From a virus, in the IMG/VR virus record IMGVR_UViG_3300025687_000001, positions 64,001 through 128,000 of that record: a stretch of DNA of 64,000 nt. One strand, 5' to 3'. A program made the position numbers and the translations under genes. Under the pieces are notes generated by a model, which saw only the letters and a list, made by a program, of their open reading frames with translations, was not told where the DNA came from and did not search any database. Position 1 is the first letter of the stretch. Each line of letters begins with the position of its first letter. Below, one piece after another: positions 1 to 10,711 of this stretch.

Positions 1-175
1 TGGCGTGCTCCTCGAGCGTGTGAGACTCTGTCTTGAGCTTCTCAGTACGCTTACGCAGGTTCTCCGTGGGCCGGTTGGTAACCGTGTCTACGACGGGCTC
101 AGTGTTGGACACCGGCTGGATGGAAGCTGAGGTGTTCTCGCCGGTGTCGCCACCCTGGGTAAAATCAATCGGCAT
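1..175 (-). CDS. tail fibre-like protein, N-terminus (runs off window)
   Basis: Manual translation MPIDFTQGG...VTNRPTENLRKRTEKLK; resembles the NxPxxxLxxRTxxLK start of tail fibres; follows baseplate genes. Confidence 0.55.
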   Translation of the reverse strand, partial: MPIDFTQGGDTGENTSASIQPVSNTEPVVDTVTNRPTENLRKRTEKLKTESHTLEEHA

Positions 176-183
176 CGTTAGGC

Positions 184-813
184 CTACGCAAAGCTAAGAG
201 TCCAAGCGTACTCGAACTGAACTGTATCGTCTTTAGGGCTGGGGGTAGTCACCCTGCGCGCAAAGACCCGAGAATTTGTGGAAGCGCTAGGATCCGTGAC
301 AGGCTTGCTGGTGTTGCCTCGAGTGAGCAGGGCCACCTCTCGCAGAGTGTTGCCGTTAGCTTGCTCAGCCCCCAGCGTACCTACAAAGCGCACGGAGTTG
401 TTCGTAGGAAAATCTATGTTGGAGATGCGTACGAAGCTCTCAGCTCCCGCAACGGGAGAAACCAAAGCCGTATCAGTTCTGGCCGCTGCAGTGGCGTCAG
501 TCCCTACCCTCATGTACCGGATAGCGTTGTGTATGGGGCTAGGTACCAAGGTTTCCGCTAACGCAAACCCCCGCGACGCGTCCGCAGGGTGCTCTGCTGC
601 TGTAGCAAGACTGTAGTCCACCGTCTCGGGGGACACCGCCGAGCTATCAAAGTTCGACTGGACCAGAAGGTCAATCAGGATTACCGGCGACATGTAAGAG
701 ATGGCGTTAGGGCCCTCGTGTACCCGTAAAACTGCTCCTGTAGCTGCGTCCAGCACGCGCAGAGTTACTTGCCCTCGTATAGCTAGCAGCGAATCTCGCA
801 CACTAAACCTCAC
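184..813 (-). CDS. tail-collar/fibre attachment-like protein
   Basis: YMRVGTD..DTAL..EQANGNTLREVAL..VFARR..EYAWTLSF pattern typical of tail-collar fibre-like proteins; operon context. Confidence 0.6.
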   Translation of the reverse strand: MRFSVRDSLLAIRGQVTLRVLDAATGAVLRVHEGPNAISYMSPVILIDLLVQSNFDSSAVSPETVDYSLATAAEHPADASRGFALAETLVPSPIHNAIRYMRVGTDATAAARTDTALVSPVAGAESFVRISNIDFPTNNSVRFVGTLGAEQANGNTLREVALLTRGNTSKPVTDPSASTNSRVFARRVTTPSPKDDTVQFEYAWTLSFA

Positions 814-2318
814 CCATAGAAACTAGGCGCCTTTTCCTTGGTAGCCAAATTAGTGGACTGGTAGTGCAGATCCACATAGAACAAAAACGGATTCTGATTA
901 AGAGTATCCGCTGCGTCACCGCTGTCTCGGTAGCACCGAACCAAAAAAAGCCCGTCAGGCTCTAGGTCGTCCGTGTCCAGCAGCCCCCCCGCCCCCGACG
1001 CCGCTGTCAGCTGGGTTTCCGCCACCATGTGGTAGTATTGCGTGCCGCTAGCCGTCTGCACCACGCTTACTGTAACAGGCGCTACGTACGCTGCCTGTTG
1101 GTGCCCCTTTGCGTAAGTACACTCAAAATACCACTTAACGTCTCCCGGACTTCCTCCGGCACCTCCGGTGTCTACTACATTCTGCGCCCAGTGTGTGTGG
1201 ATGTGTACGTCCGTACCCGGGACATAATCGTGGGGCATGTGGTACTCGTGAAAAGTCTCTGTTAAGCCCGGAGTGAACTCAAACTGGCGAATACTCCCCA
1301 GAAATATGCTCAGCGTAGGCGAGTTAGGCCCGGTGGGCCGAACATTTCCGCCGCTAGTAATGTCCCGCCACCCAAAGACAGGAGCGGCTTCGATTAGTTT
1401 GATGCCGGTGCCTTGCGTACCTGCTGCCACCCAATCTTTACCGTCCACCACAACACGGTCCGGTGCTCCGTCGATCCAAACAGAGCCTCCTTCTACGGTG
1501 GCCATGGTAGTGGCTGCTTTGTGAATAACAGTGCCCAGCCTGCGCGTGTTAGTACCCGCAGATGCGGATAGCACAGATGTGTTGCTTACAAACACCGGGG
1601 ACCCTACCGAGAGGAACCCGGATGTGTCCATAGGCAGGGGGCCCTCTAGTATGAGGGTCCCGTGTGCGCCGACGGCAATGTTCTCGGAGCACACGCCTAT
1701 GTGCGTCGACACTACGTTAGCGTTTGTAGCGGCCACCTTCTCGGCGGTTAAAACAATATCCGAGAGGTGCTCCTCCATGTCGTCGCCGTCTTGTCCCGCG
1801 GAGGCGTGCCGCGCGAAGAAAGAAAGGCTAGCTGTCTCCCCCAGAAACAGATCCTGTGTGCCCCCATTAATTACTCGAACGCACTTACGTCCGCCCCGCA
1901 TAAGCAAATTTGCATGGAGTTGCTCCTCGACCGCCCGGGCCCACCCGGTGTCTGCGTCATATTCAAACTGTTCTCGCGGAGCAGGTAACGCCTCTGCGCC
2001 GTACGCGCTAGAAACTTCGTACAGAGCCGTCAGCACCTCCTGCGCAGACGTACCTGTGTTAGTGGCCACCAACCGCACTAAGTACCGGCCTGCTACTTCT
2101 GGGGTGAATGTCTTGTTCTCTAGCGTAGTTGGATTGGCGATAGTCAGCGCCGACGGGTGGTGGGCGGGGCCGTAGATAGCAAACCCCTCCCCGTCCCCCG
2201 TCGCAGTGTAATTCGACCAGGCTCCTTCGGACAGTGTGACGGTAACCAACTGGTTAGCGTCCCGCCCGGCCTTAACTTGTGCTGCGCCGCTACCGTCATT
2301 AACCAGGAGAGTCGCCAT
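810..2318 (-). CDS. virion structural protein
   Basis: 502-aa beta-rich ORF in tail operon, overlapping the next start. Confidence 0.5.
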   Translation of the reverse strand: MATLLVNDGSGAAQVKAGRDANQLVTVTLSEGAWSNYTATGDGEGFAIYGPAHHPSALTIANPTTLENKTFTPEVAGRYLVRLVATNTGTSAQEVLTALYEVSSAYGAEALPAPREQFEYDADTGWARAVEEQLHANLLMRGGRKCVRVINGGTQDLFLGETASLSFFARHASAGQDGDDMEEHLSDIVLTAEKVAATNANVVSTHIGVCSENIAVGAHGTLILEGPLPMDTSGFLSVGSPVFVSNTSVLSASAGTNTRRLGTVIHKAATTMATVEGGSVWIDGAPDRVVVDGKDWVAAGTQGTGIKLIEAAPVFGWRDITSGGNVRPTGPNSPTLSIFLGSIRQFEFTPGLTETFHEYHMPHDYVPGTDVHIHTHWAQNVVDTGGAGGSPGDVKWYFECTYAKGHQQAAYVAPVTVSVVQTASGTQYYHMVAETQLTAASGAGGLLDTDDLEPDGLFLVRCYRDSGDAADTLNQNPFLFYVDLHYQSTNLATKEKAPSFYG

Positions 2319-2328
2319 CAGCTAATCC

Positions 2329-4620
2329 TTATCCACCGAATTCACCCCCGCCGAAGGGAGCACCACCAACCCCGCCGCCTCCGCCGACAGGGACAACCTC
2401 CACCTCAAGAAGGTCATCTACGACCTCCCCAACGAGGTCCCACAGCGAAGCCTCGTGAGCAACGAAAGGATATGTGTGCGCGGGACGCGCCTCAATCAAA
2501 GTTCCTACTATAGTCGCCAGATCCTGCGGATACGGGGAAGTGCTGTTGTTGATCAGCACCTCAAACGAGTTCCACTTCAGGAACTTGTCCAGCAGCAGAT
2601 ACGCCACCGCGTGGTGTGTCTGTTCCCCGAACCGCAGAGAGCAAGTCGACGTGACCTTACCGACAATATCATAGTCTACGTCATCTAACTCTTCATAGCG
2701 GCCGTCCACCAGAAAGCTGGCTTCCCCCGTAAACGCGTTAGGTGACAGGAGCCAAATGCTGTGTCGGCTGATGACTGCGTCATCAGTACCCAGGTTCCAA
2801 AACGTGGTCCCGATCAGAAGGTTGTCAGTTTGCGGGTCTATGATCGACAGGAAGTCAACGTTGTTGTCATAGAGCACTGCGCAGGGGGTCCCCGGATCCG
2901 CAACCAAACTCTCCGCGGTCACACCATCGGAGTTGGCTCCGTAGTACATCCCAAGATCGCCGTAATACGCCTGGTACCCGTAGTACCCGTACCGTACGGG
3001 GAATAGCGAAGTCTGAACCCGCCGCCTCTCTGCGCCCAAACCCTCCACCAAGGTGGGCGGAATAGTAGTGTTGTGCCACCACGTAGGGGACTCTAGGTAG
3101 TCCGTGACCTGGTGCGCGTCCGCTATGGTCTGGAAAGCACTGAGTGGCGTGTCCACCGCTGCATTGAGCGTAAACTGCCCGGCAGTACCTTCCGCCAGGA
3201 CAACCGTGGCCGCGCCCTCGGTGTGCTCAATCCGCCACGAAAGACCGCTAGACGCAGCTCCCGGGTCGTCCGCCAGCTTGATCTGCAGCGCACTGTCGTA
3301 CAAGAACTCAATCTCGTACTCATCTAGCCCTACGACCACCTTAGCGGTGTTGTTGCACCCTAGCTCCGCAAAGCTAGCGGGAGTGCCTGTGTCCGTAAGC
3401 CACACTGTGTCTGTAAAGATGGTGTACGCCGTCCCGTCTCTCGGGACCTCGTAGTACTCACGAGCACCAAAGATGATTTCCGCAGTTAGCTCGGTGCCAG
3501 CAGGCAAAGTGTACGTTTCCGTGGTGCCCGGGATGACCGTGAGTACACCTTCGAGCAGTTCGTAGTTGTTTGTGACGACCACGACGCCTCTGCTGGTCGT
3601 ATCTACCGAGGTAACCAGCTCTCCGGTAGCACGAACCAGCGGGAACCCGCTCATAGCCCCCAGAGCTGCCTCGATGTACGGCAGCACCGGCCCACGCACG
3701 TAGAGGTTCCACAAGCCGCGTAGTAGCGCTCGGTACGAGTCTGTAGACACCGTTTTCTCTAAGGAGAACGGGTGCCCGTACATCTCGTAGAGGCTGTAGT
3801 AGTCTTTTTCCGGTTTCGGCGCCCACCCAGATAAGGCTCGTACGCGCGTAGATACGGTCTCTACATCAACAGCCAGCGGATCGGAGACGACGTCGTCGTA
3901 CTGCGGCGACACCACTCCGGCAGTCAGCTGTCCCGACGCGGTAGACCCCAGCTCTGTTCTAAGGGACACTTGAGCATACGAAGCAGCGACCGCTGACACC
4001 TTGCCGTAAGAGGTCGTACCGTCGTCGTGGCTAACCTTGAGCCAATCATCCACACTGACTACAGCAGTCCAGTCTTCTACGTGTGCAGAAGTCACCCGCA
4101 GAGCTAAGTCATAAACCTGTGTACTAAGCCCAAAGCCCGGTACTGGGTTCCCTGCCGTGGTCCAGGAAAACGGGTCCTTATAGAAGAGTAGAAACCAGCC
4201 ATCTGTGGGAACGGTTGGTTCGTAAAATCGAAGCTCTACTAGGCGGGCAGTGTCGTTGGCAATGAGCTCGAAGTCGACGTCGCGCTCCAAGATTGCCTTA
4301 GGGTCTAAGGCTACGTTCTGTATGTACGCTAAGTCCCTAATATCGTTAGGAAGTTCCCACAGCCAGTACGTAGTGTCCTCGTCCGTTGTTGGCACTACTC
4401 GGAACTGGTCCTCAAAGAGGATCATCAGCTGCCAAGGAGCCACTTCCGTCAGCGGGCAATCTTGTAGGGAGAGCCGCATTACCGATAGCAGCATCCGCTC
4501 GTAAGACGCCCCTGCCGCCTCGAGCACAGCCTCGTGGCCTCGCTCGATAAGCTTTACGTCCGCGAAATGCCGCAGCCAGAAGTCAGAGACCCCCCGCAGC
4601 AGCGTAGTGCCGACAGACAT
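2329..4620 (-). CDS. baseplate wedge-like protein
   Basis: 763 aa directly after the J-like gene; YRALLRGLW and C-terminal ARPAHT motifs of wedge proteins. Confidence 0.55.
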   Translation of the reverse strand: MSVGTTLLRGVSDFWLRHFADVKLIERGHEAVLEAAGASYERMLLSVMRLSLQDCPLTEVAPWQLMILFEDQFRVVPTTDEDTTYWLWELPNDIRDLAYIQNVALDPKAILERDVDFELIANDTARLVELRFYEPTVPTDGWFLLFYKDPFSWTTAGNPVPGFGLSTQVYDLALRVTSAHVEDWTAVVSVDDWLKVSHDDGTTSYGKVSAVAASYAQVSLRTELGSTASGQLTAGVVSPQYDDVVSDPLAVDVETVSTRVRALSGWAPKPEKDYYSLYEMYGHPFSLEKTVSTDSYRALLRGLWNLYVRGPVLPYIEAALGAMSGFPLVRATGELVTSVDTTSRGVVVVTNNYELLEGVLTVIPGTTETYTLPAGTELTAEIIFGAREYYEVPRDGTAYTIFTDTVWLTDTGTPASFAELGCNNTAKVVVGLDEYEIEFLYDSALQIKLADDPGAASSGLSWRIEHTEGAATVVLAEGTAGQFTLNAAVDTPLSAFQTIADAHQVTDYLESPTWWHNTTIPPTLVEGLGAERRRVQTSLFPVRYGYYGYQAYYGDLGMYYGANSDGVTAESLVADPGTPCAVLYDNNVDFLSIIDPQTDNLLIGTTFWNLGTDDAVISRHSIWLLSPNAFTGEASFLVDGRYEELDDVDYDIVGKVTSTCSLRFGEQTHHAVAYLLLDKFLKWNSFEVLINNSTSPYPQDLATIVGTLIEARPAHTYPFVAHEASLWDLVGEVVDDLLEVEVVPVGGGGGVGGAPFGGGEFGG

Positions 4621-6257
4621 CAGGTCACCGCAGTGAGTGTGATTAGGTCCTCGAAGGTGACCACTTTCACTGTGCGGTCAGATACCTGGTGCGCCACCCG
4701 GTCGGTGTCTGAGTAGGTGCTGCCGTTCAGTAGAGACGAGTCCTCCACAGTGACCTTGTCCGTGGTTTGGTAGTGAATCTGGTCCCCGTTGGGAGCCTCA
4801 AGGCTGTAATTGACCGTAACCGGGTACCCAACACCGCGCACGTAAGTAGAGTACTGCCCTAAGAAGTAAGTCACTATATCTGTGACCCGCAGGTTTCCAG
4901 AGAACTGCGTGGTGTTGATGTACGTGGCGATAGAGGCCTTGGCGTCCGCTACCGGCAAGGCACCTGGGGCGTCTGCGCTAAGGTAGTAGTTGATGCTAAT
5001 CGACGTAACGACCGGGATGTGCGCGTAGGCCAGGGTATTGGCGTTAGCCACGCGCCGATTGCGGTCACTGAGAATGACATCTACGTTGTAGAGGTCTCGG
5101 AAGCCGTCAAACTCTACGAGCACCTCTCGCTCGGCCGCCACGGTAAGATTAGGCAGCAGTACCCTCACCTCCTGATCTAGCGACCCAAACAGCTTCGGAT
5201 CCGTTACAGAGATAGCGTATGTACTCGAGTCCTGTGCGGGAGTGCCGTTAACTCGCGTGTAATTAGTGCCATCTACAATCACACGCTTGATGCGTGCGTA
5301 GGGAAGCCCGGTAACAGCGTTAGTAGTGAGCGTGAGCTCGTTGACCAATTCATCAACTGTCGCTGGAGAGCCGCCTAAGGGGTACAGGACGGCCTTGCGG
5401 ATGGGCAGGAGACAGTAAACGTTGACGTGCCCCAGCACTCTAATCTGGGTTGCCGGGGGGTCCCCTACAGAGATCTCAACAATGTCTCTCCGCATTTCCA
5501 CGTCACCCGCCCCTACCACAGTAACTTCGTAGACGCTGGCTACCTCGTCTTTCAGGACCGTATCTATAGACCGAGCGGTAACCAGGTTCCGGGTGGCCAC
5601 CGCTGTCTTAGAGCGCTCCAGCAGTGCCGTGTTGGACTCTCCGTCTACCGCGGTGTCGAAGTTGGTCTCAGCCTCGATGTAGGTGATGTACGGAGAGAAC
5701 GCGTCGTACGACGCAAACCGACCTGCTGCGATGTTCCCTGCGGCACCGGGAATCTGACAAATCACGGGGACGTAGAGCAGGTACTCCGCCACAGACCCAG
5801 TAGAGTCCAACACCGCGGTCATGTGCGAGTCTCGTCCAAAGACTAACGCAGTGCTAGAGTCTACGCTGAACACCACTCCCGTGTCGTACACCAGCTCCGC
5901 CGTCAGTGGCACAGTCACGTCTTCCCCCACCTCGGGAGACAGGTGTACTGTGACTGTGCCTGTCGCCGCCGACCCGGTCTTTCTAGTGAGGAACCAGTTG
6001 GACGCCAGATCTTCCAGCGCTGCTGTGGCTTCTGTGACGTCCAGGTCCCCAATGCGCAGCAGGCTCTGGCGGTTGCGAATTGTGTCTGCTTCTCGCTCCA
6101 TGAGCGCGGGTAAGTAGGCTAGCGCTCTAATCACTACGTCGTTTAGAAACGAGCCTGGGCGGAAGTTACCAGCCGGAGCGTACTGCTCCATAGCGCTGCG
6201 AATCAGCCGCTCTGCGACGACTAGATCTTCCGCGTTGATGGTAACGTTCCCAGCCAC
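4620..6257 (-). CDS. baseplate J-like protein
   Basis: NFRPGS, TRKTGSAATGTV, VPVICQIPGAAGNIAAG and DGESNTALLER motifs. Confidence 0.8.
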   Translation of the reverse strand: MAGNVTINAEDLVVAERLIRSAMEQYAPAGNFRPGSFLNDVVIRALAYLPALMEREADTIRNRQSLLRIGDLDVTEATAALEDLASNWFLTRKTGSAATGTVTVHLSPEVGEDVTVPLTAELVYDTGVVFSVDSSTALVFGRDSHMTAVLDSTGSVAEYLLYVPVICQIPGAAGNIAAGRFASYDAFSPYITYIEAETNFDTAVDGESNTALLERSKTAVATRNLVTARSIDTVLKDEVASVYEVTVVGAGDVEMRRDIVEISVGDPPATQIRVLGHVNVYCLLPIRKAVLYPLGGSPATVDELVNELTLTTNAVTGLPYARIKRVIVDGTNYTRVNGTPAQDSSTYAISVTDPKLFGSLDQEVRVLLPNLTVAAEREVLVEFDGFRDLYNVDVILSDRNRRVANANTLAYAHIPVVTSISINYYLSADAPGALPVADAKASIATYINTTQFSGNLRVTDIVTYFLGQYSTYVRGVGYPVTVNYSLEAPNGDQIHYQTTDKVTVEDSSLLNGSTYSDTDRVAHQVSDRTVKVVTFEDLITLTAVT

Positions 6258-6259
6258 GC

Positions 6260-6679
6260 CTAGCCTCCGAGCAATGCAGTGGTGCTAAAGACAGCACCCG
6301 CCTGGTTCTCAATAAGAATACGCAGACGCAGCGTATCCCCATTCTCTAATTCCGCGGACTGCAACGTCAGAGCTTTCAACGACTCGTTCTTTGGGTAAGC
6401 ATACCGCGACTGTAAGTTCTTAATGTACTGAGTAGCGTGCTGTAGAGAAGCTACAGCTACCGAAACGACCTGGCCTTGGTCCACCGAACTGTTGACTAGC
6501 GAGGGCAAGTGCGTCCCCTCCCCTCGAGCGGTCGGTATAGACCCGTGTTCGGTAAGGAGCACGCGCATTACTAGCCCTGCTAGCACTGCGGGCCCCGACG
6601 CGCCTAGCAGAGACCCGTCCTCCGACGCTACCCACGCAGGCACGCCATCCGCAGAGAAAACGTACATGTCGTGAGTCAC
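6260..6679 (-). CDS. gp25/gpW-like baseplate protein
   Basis: SGPAVL..VLLTEHGS..EGTHLPSL motif, 139 aa, just upstream of the J-like gene. Confidence 0.7.
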   Translation of the reverse strand: MTHDMYVFSADGVPAWVASEDGSLLGASGPAVLAGLVMRVLLTEHGSIPTARGEGTHLPSLVNSSVDQGQVVSVAVASLQHATQYIKNLQSRYAYPKNESLKALTLQSAELENGDTLRLRILIENQAGAVFSTTALLGG

Positions 6680-6680
6680 T

Positions 6681-7136
6681 CTAGACCTCCGCGCTGCCCG
6701 TTACTTCGCCCGTCTCCAGATCAACCGCCTGTGTGTCCCGGATAGCCGGAGCCCCTTCTGGCTCTGTCTGCTGCCGGGTAAACAGATCCACTAGAAGGGT
6801 AGTAACTAGCTCTAGGTGTAGCTCGTCTTTTTGCGCAGTAGACAGCGCAGTACTCCAGTAGTCCAACCGGCTTTGTTTGCGCAAGGTGAGCGCTCGGGAC
6901 AAAGCTCGGATACGCGCGTAGAACTTGGCCTGCACACTCATCTGAGACGCGGACTCCGCAGCCGCCACCAGGTCGTGCAAGAACGTGCTATTCTCGAGCA
7001 CCGCCTCCAGCAGAAGAAGGTCGTCATTAGACAGCGCATACGCTTCGTTCTGCATGTGCAGAGTTTGCTTTAGCGCCTGAGCTCGCAAACCGTGAACGAG
7101 GTTGGTTAGCTCTTCCTGGAAGGACTGCGCTGGCAT
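6681..7136 (-). CDS. hypothetical helical protein
   Basis: ORF tightly packed in the operon. Confidence 0.5.
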   Translation of the reverse strand: MPAQSFQEELTNLVHGLRAQALKQTLHMQNEAYALSNDDLLLLEAVLENSTFLHDLVAAAESASQMSVQAKFYARIRALSRALTLRKQSRLDYWSTALSTAQKDELHLELVTTLLVDLFTRQQTEPEGAPAIRDTQAVDLETGEVTGSAEV

Positions 7137-7137
7137 C

Positions 7138-7830
7138 TCACCCCATCTGCGAAGAAATCAGCTTCTTCAGTCTACGCTTCGTGTGCGAGATCTGCCCCGG
7201 CGTGAGCCCCGTCTTGCTCACTAGGTCTTTGGTGGAAAGCACTGGCGCGCCGCCGTACCCAGTAGTGTGCTCAAACACCGTTTGGTCACTGGGGTTTAGG
7301 TCGTAGTACACGAAGTCCAGCAGCCCAGAATCTTCGTCGGTGCCAAACCCATAGGGGATGGGCTGCGACGTGGAAAACTCGTTTCGTTGCTCCGACCTAA
7401 ATCGCGCCACCTCAGCCGGGCTCCACACTAGTTCCCCAGCAAGCTCCTCGTTGGTAGGCTCGCGCCCACTGGATTCTCGCAGACGCTCTTCAGCGTCTAG
7501 AAAGGTCTGGGCCTTAATAGTGCGGTGCTCGGGCATCCGCGCAGGCGAGGAGTGCGTGTAGACGATGCGGCTCAAGCCCTTGAGCTGGTTTGTCACGTGC
7601 GTGTTTAGCGCGGACTTAGAAGGGTTAAAGGTATTGAAAGCGTTAATAGCCAGAAGCTTAGCCTCGGCTCGCACAGCTTCGGGGGCCACCGCCCCGCCAG
7701 ACCACCGGTTCACTTCTTTCTCGATTACCGGAGTCATCTGCTTGAGCAGAGGGGACAGCGTCGTCTTCCCGGGCGCTGCCTGCCATTGTTGCCAGAGCTC
7801 AACGTCCTTTTCTTTTCTAGACATCGCCAT
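7138..7830 (-). CDS. sigma-70 family RNA polymerase sigma factor (FliA/SigB-like)
   Basis: Region 2-like AFNTFNPSKSALNTH, region 3 GREPTNEELAGEL, region 4 HTH LSTKDLVSKTGLTPGQIS. Confidence 0.8.
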   Translation of the reverse strand: MAMSRKEKDVELWQQWQAAPGKTTLSPLLKQMTPVIEKEVNRWSGGAVAPEAVRAEAKLLAINAFNTFNPSKSALNTHVTNQLKGLSRIVYTHSSPARMPEHRTIKAQTFLDAEERLRESSGREPTNEELAGELVWSPAEVARFRSEQRNEFSTSQPIPYGFGTDEDSGLLDFVYYDLNPSDQTVFEHTTGYGGAPVLSTKDLVSKTGLTPGQISHTKRRLKKLISSQMG

Positions 7831-10711
7831 CGTCGTCTCCAGTCAGCGCTGTCGGTCTAAGAACCGCTTGCACATACTCAAGTAATAGCCGCTGCCAGTC
7901 CCTTCGGCTATCGGGCAAATCAGCGTAATTAGCGATGTACCCAACATTGAGCTTCGAGAAGACGGCGTCCGTAGCGCCTCCGTCCTCGTCCGCGTCTATT
8001 ACCGACAGCGTTAGCGGAGAGGCGAGCTCCGACCCCGGCTCTACCCCAGGTCCTCCGACGAACTGACGGATAACCGAGTAGTACGTGGGCACTCCAGCCT
8101 CTTCGATAGCACCGATGCGAACCCCCCGACCCCGACCTAGAGGGTCTAGGTTAGACTTGCCGCGCCCCGCTACTCGGTAGAAGTCTATGTAGTGTTCCAA
8201 CGGGCAGACTGGTCTAGCCACGTATCGCATCGCAGCGTCATGGTCGCTAAACAACTCCTTGGCCTCTGTCTTAGGCACTAGCGGTTTGTGTTCTTCTACG
8301 GGGGCAATCTGGTCTGCCGCGTAGTCAGAGAAGGCCGGGAGCTGCTCTTCTCTAGGGGTTAGCTTCCTCGTTAGAGCAAGCCGCCGCCCGTAATGATTGT
8401 AAAACCCGCCCCACTGCAACACCAGGCGGTGGTCGAACACCCCCGGGCTCGGGCACAACTCCTCGAACTTAGAGTCAATCGGGATGGAGCGTATAGTCTC
8501 CGTCCCGTTCTCCGCTCGCTCGGAGATTTCGTTTCTACGGAAAAGGATGCTGTACACTAAGTTCGCTGTGGGGATGTACTGTAAAGAATCTTGGATCTCC
8601 GCCACAGGATCCTGAGGGAAAGTGTCCAGGCCCCCGCCGTCTGCTACTGCTCCGACCAACACCTGGTTCAGCGTTCGGCCGAAGCTAAACTGAACGGACG
8701 TTGTAGCGTCTCGAGCACCGAAATTGTGCGTAACCGATAGGACGTGCCCCTGCACATGCATCCCCACCGCTTCCGAATCCAGGATCGTCATCGGGAACCC
8801 GGGCACCACGTACGGGTTGAAGCTGGAGCTAAGCCCGCCCTGCGCAGAGCCAAACTTGGCCGTGTAGTACTCCTGCTCCGCTAGCATGAAGTACAGCGCG
8901 TGCGTGGTATGCTTCTTGGCTAGCCGTTTCTCAGATGCTCGGATGTTCTGGCTAAGAGTGGCCGCATAAATGGGGTTGGTAGCCTGGACCTCCGATTCCT
9001 CCCTACGTAGCTCTAGAGCGTCCTTGTCCGCGGTAAACCTAGCGCTATTAGCTACTTCCTGCACTTTGTTGAATAGGGCAGGTACGTCCTTCTGCAGGAC
9101 CTGTGGGCCTAGGTAGTACTCCTCCGGGAAGATCAGAAATTCCGTGTCTGCCGTGGCTGCATTGCTGGCCCTAAAGGCGTGCCCGTCCACCACCGCAGGG
9201 AATCCTACGCGCGTAGCTGACGCTGCGTACCCCGCGCTAGACCCACTGACCTTCAGGTCCCGCAAAGCACCCTGCCGCTTGTAGTACACCCGAGTAGGGT
9301 GCGCCTGGTAGTTCTCCGACCACTGCCAGTTAGTCCACATAGACGGAAAGAACGTGTTGCACAGCGGCGGAAGCGCGAATCGCGCGTTGGGTTTAGTGAG
9401 GTACGAGGCAATGCTGAGCCGCCGCTTGTGTTGGGCTAAGTCGGCAGCCCAGGCAGCGGGGTCACTATCCTGGTGGTGTTCGAACGGTGCTACCGGCAGC
9501 CCGTACTTGTCCAACGTGGCAGACGGCGGAGCCATAACCTCGACGATGTCGTAGTACAGTGCGTTGAACACCCCGTGGAGCAGAGCCCACGCCGAACCAT
9601 GTTCTCCGAACTTCGTCCCCGAGTACCTAGCCAGGCTGCGGAACAGCTTCTTGGCCTTAACCGAGCGCAGCATCGGGAACACACCGCCGCCCAGCTTCCC
9701 GTCGATGGGGTCTTCTTCCCCCGGACGCCCTTCTAGATAGGGGAATGCCATCCAGTGCTCGAGGAAGCGCGTCAGCCGCATCCGCCGCGCGAAGTACCCC
9801 GTATGCGTGATGCTGCGGCTCTTGGCAGAGCGGTACTTGAGCTGCTGCTTAGCTTGCTCTGTAAACACGCGCGTCTGCAGCTCTACGTCCGACACTGACG
9901 AAAGGTTCGGGCTAGCTCTATCCGCCTTACCCGCGTAAGCCGCGTACCCCTCAACTAGCTGCGTGCGCTGAGCCTTATCGATATCCGCAGAGACAGAACT
10001 GCGCGCCTCCGCCAGACGTTGCTGGTACTGGGCCGCAGTTTCGCCAACAGGCGCGGTAGCTCTAGCCTTAGCCTCTGCGGCGGAGTTGACCAGGAGCTCC
10101 CTCTGAGTTTCCCACGCCGCCTTTAAGCGCTTTACCTCTGCAGTGATGTCTGTTGCAGACGTAGGAGTAGTCTTAGCGACCTCTCTGTGCTCCCCAAGCA
10201 CGGCGTAGAGAACGTTTTCGATGATGTCAAAAGGCCGCGTAATGGGCCGCCCTGTTCCTAGGTGTTGCTTGAACAGCGCGTCTGGGAATTTCCCCTTTAC
10301 ATTCAGTTGGTTAGGGAAATCTCTGTGTGGCTTGACGGACGTGCTGGACTGATTGTCGTCGCCCGACATGAAGTACAGGTAGAGCTGCGATAGCACGGTC
10401 ATGACGCTGCCTACCTTAAGCTTCATGGCTCGGTAGTTAGCGCTATTTACGTACTCCCACCCCGTGACCTCTCCCTCAAAAAGGAGGCACCACTGCGGGT
10501 GGTCCGCTTCGTACCAAAGGTCTAGGTAGAAGACCGCGACCTGTACGCGATCCTCCGCTCCTAATCGCGCGATGTACCGGTGCGGAGCTACCTCAATCGT
10601 CGCGGAGACCGGAGAGAAGACGCCGGACGTTACCGACATGGCGGACGAAGGAACGAGCACCCCGTTCAGGTAAACCAAGTACCTGCCGGGCTTGATGGAC
10701 GCGGAAGCCAT
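7817..10711 (-). CDS. large tail/baseplate hub-like protein
   Basis: 964 aa; YLNGVLVP..LFEGEV start and FNPYVVPGFP..GHVLSVTH hub-like motif. Confidence 0.5.
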   Translation of the reverse strand: MASASIKPGRYLVYLNGVLVPSSAMSVTSGVFSPVSATIEVAPHRYIARLGAEDRVQVAVFYLDLWYEADHPQWCLLFEGEVTGWEYVNSANYRAMKLKVGSVMTVLSQLYLYFMSGDDNQSSTSVKPHRDFPNQLNVKGKFPDALFKQHLGTGRPITRPFDIIENVLYAVLGEHREVAKTTPTSATDITAEVKRLKAAWETQRELLVNSAAEAKARATAPVGETAAQYQQRLAEARSSVSADIDKAQRTQLVEGYAAYAGKADRASPNLSSVSDVELQTRVFTEQAKQQLKYRSAKSRSITHTGYFARRMRLTRFLEHWMAFPYLEGRPGEEDPIDGKLGGGVFPMLRSVKAKKLFRSLARYSGTKFGEHGSAWALLHGVFNALYYDIVEVMAPPSATLDKYGLPVAPFEHHQDSDPAAWAADLAQHKRRLSIASYLTKPNARFALPPLCNTFFPSMWTNWQWSENYQAHPTRVYYKRQGALRDLKVSGSSAGYAASATRVGFPAVVDGHAFRASNAATADTEFLIFPEEYYLGPQVLQKDVPALFNKVQEVANSARFTADKDALELRREESEVQATNPIYAATLSQNIRASEKRLAKKHTTHALYFMLAEQEYYTAKFGSAQGGLSSSFNPYVVPGFPMTILDSEAVGMHVQGHVLSVTHNFGARDATTSVQFSFGRTLNQVLVGAVADGGGLDTFPQDPVAEIQDSLQYIPTANLVYSILFRRNEISERAENGTETIRSIPIDSKFEELCPSPGVFDHRLVLQWGGFYNHYGRRLALTRKLTPREEQLPAFSDYAADQIAPVEEHKPLVPKTEAKELFSDHDAAMRYVARPVCPLEHYIDFYRVAGRGKSNLDPLGRGRGVRIGAIEEAGVPTYYSVIRQFVGGPGVEPGSELASPLTLSVIDADEDGGATDAVFSKLNVGYIANYADLPDSRRDWQRLLLEYVQAVLRPTALTGDDDGDV

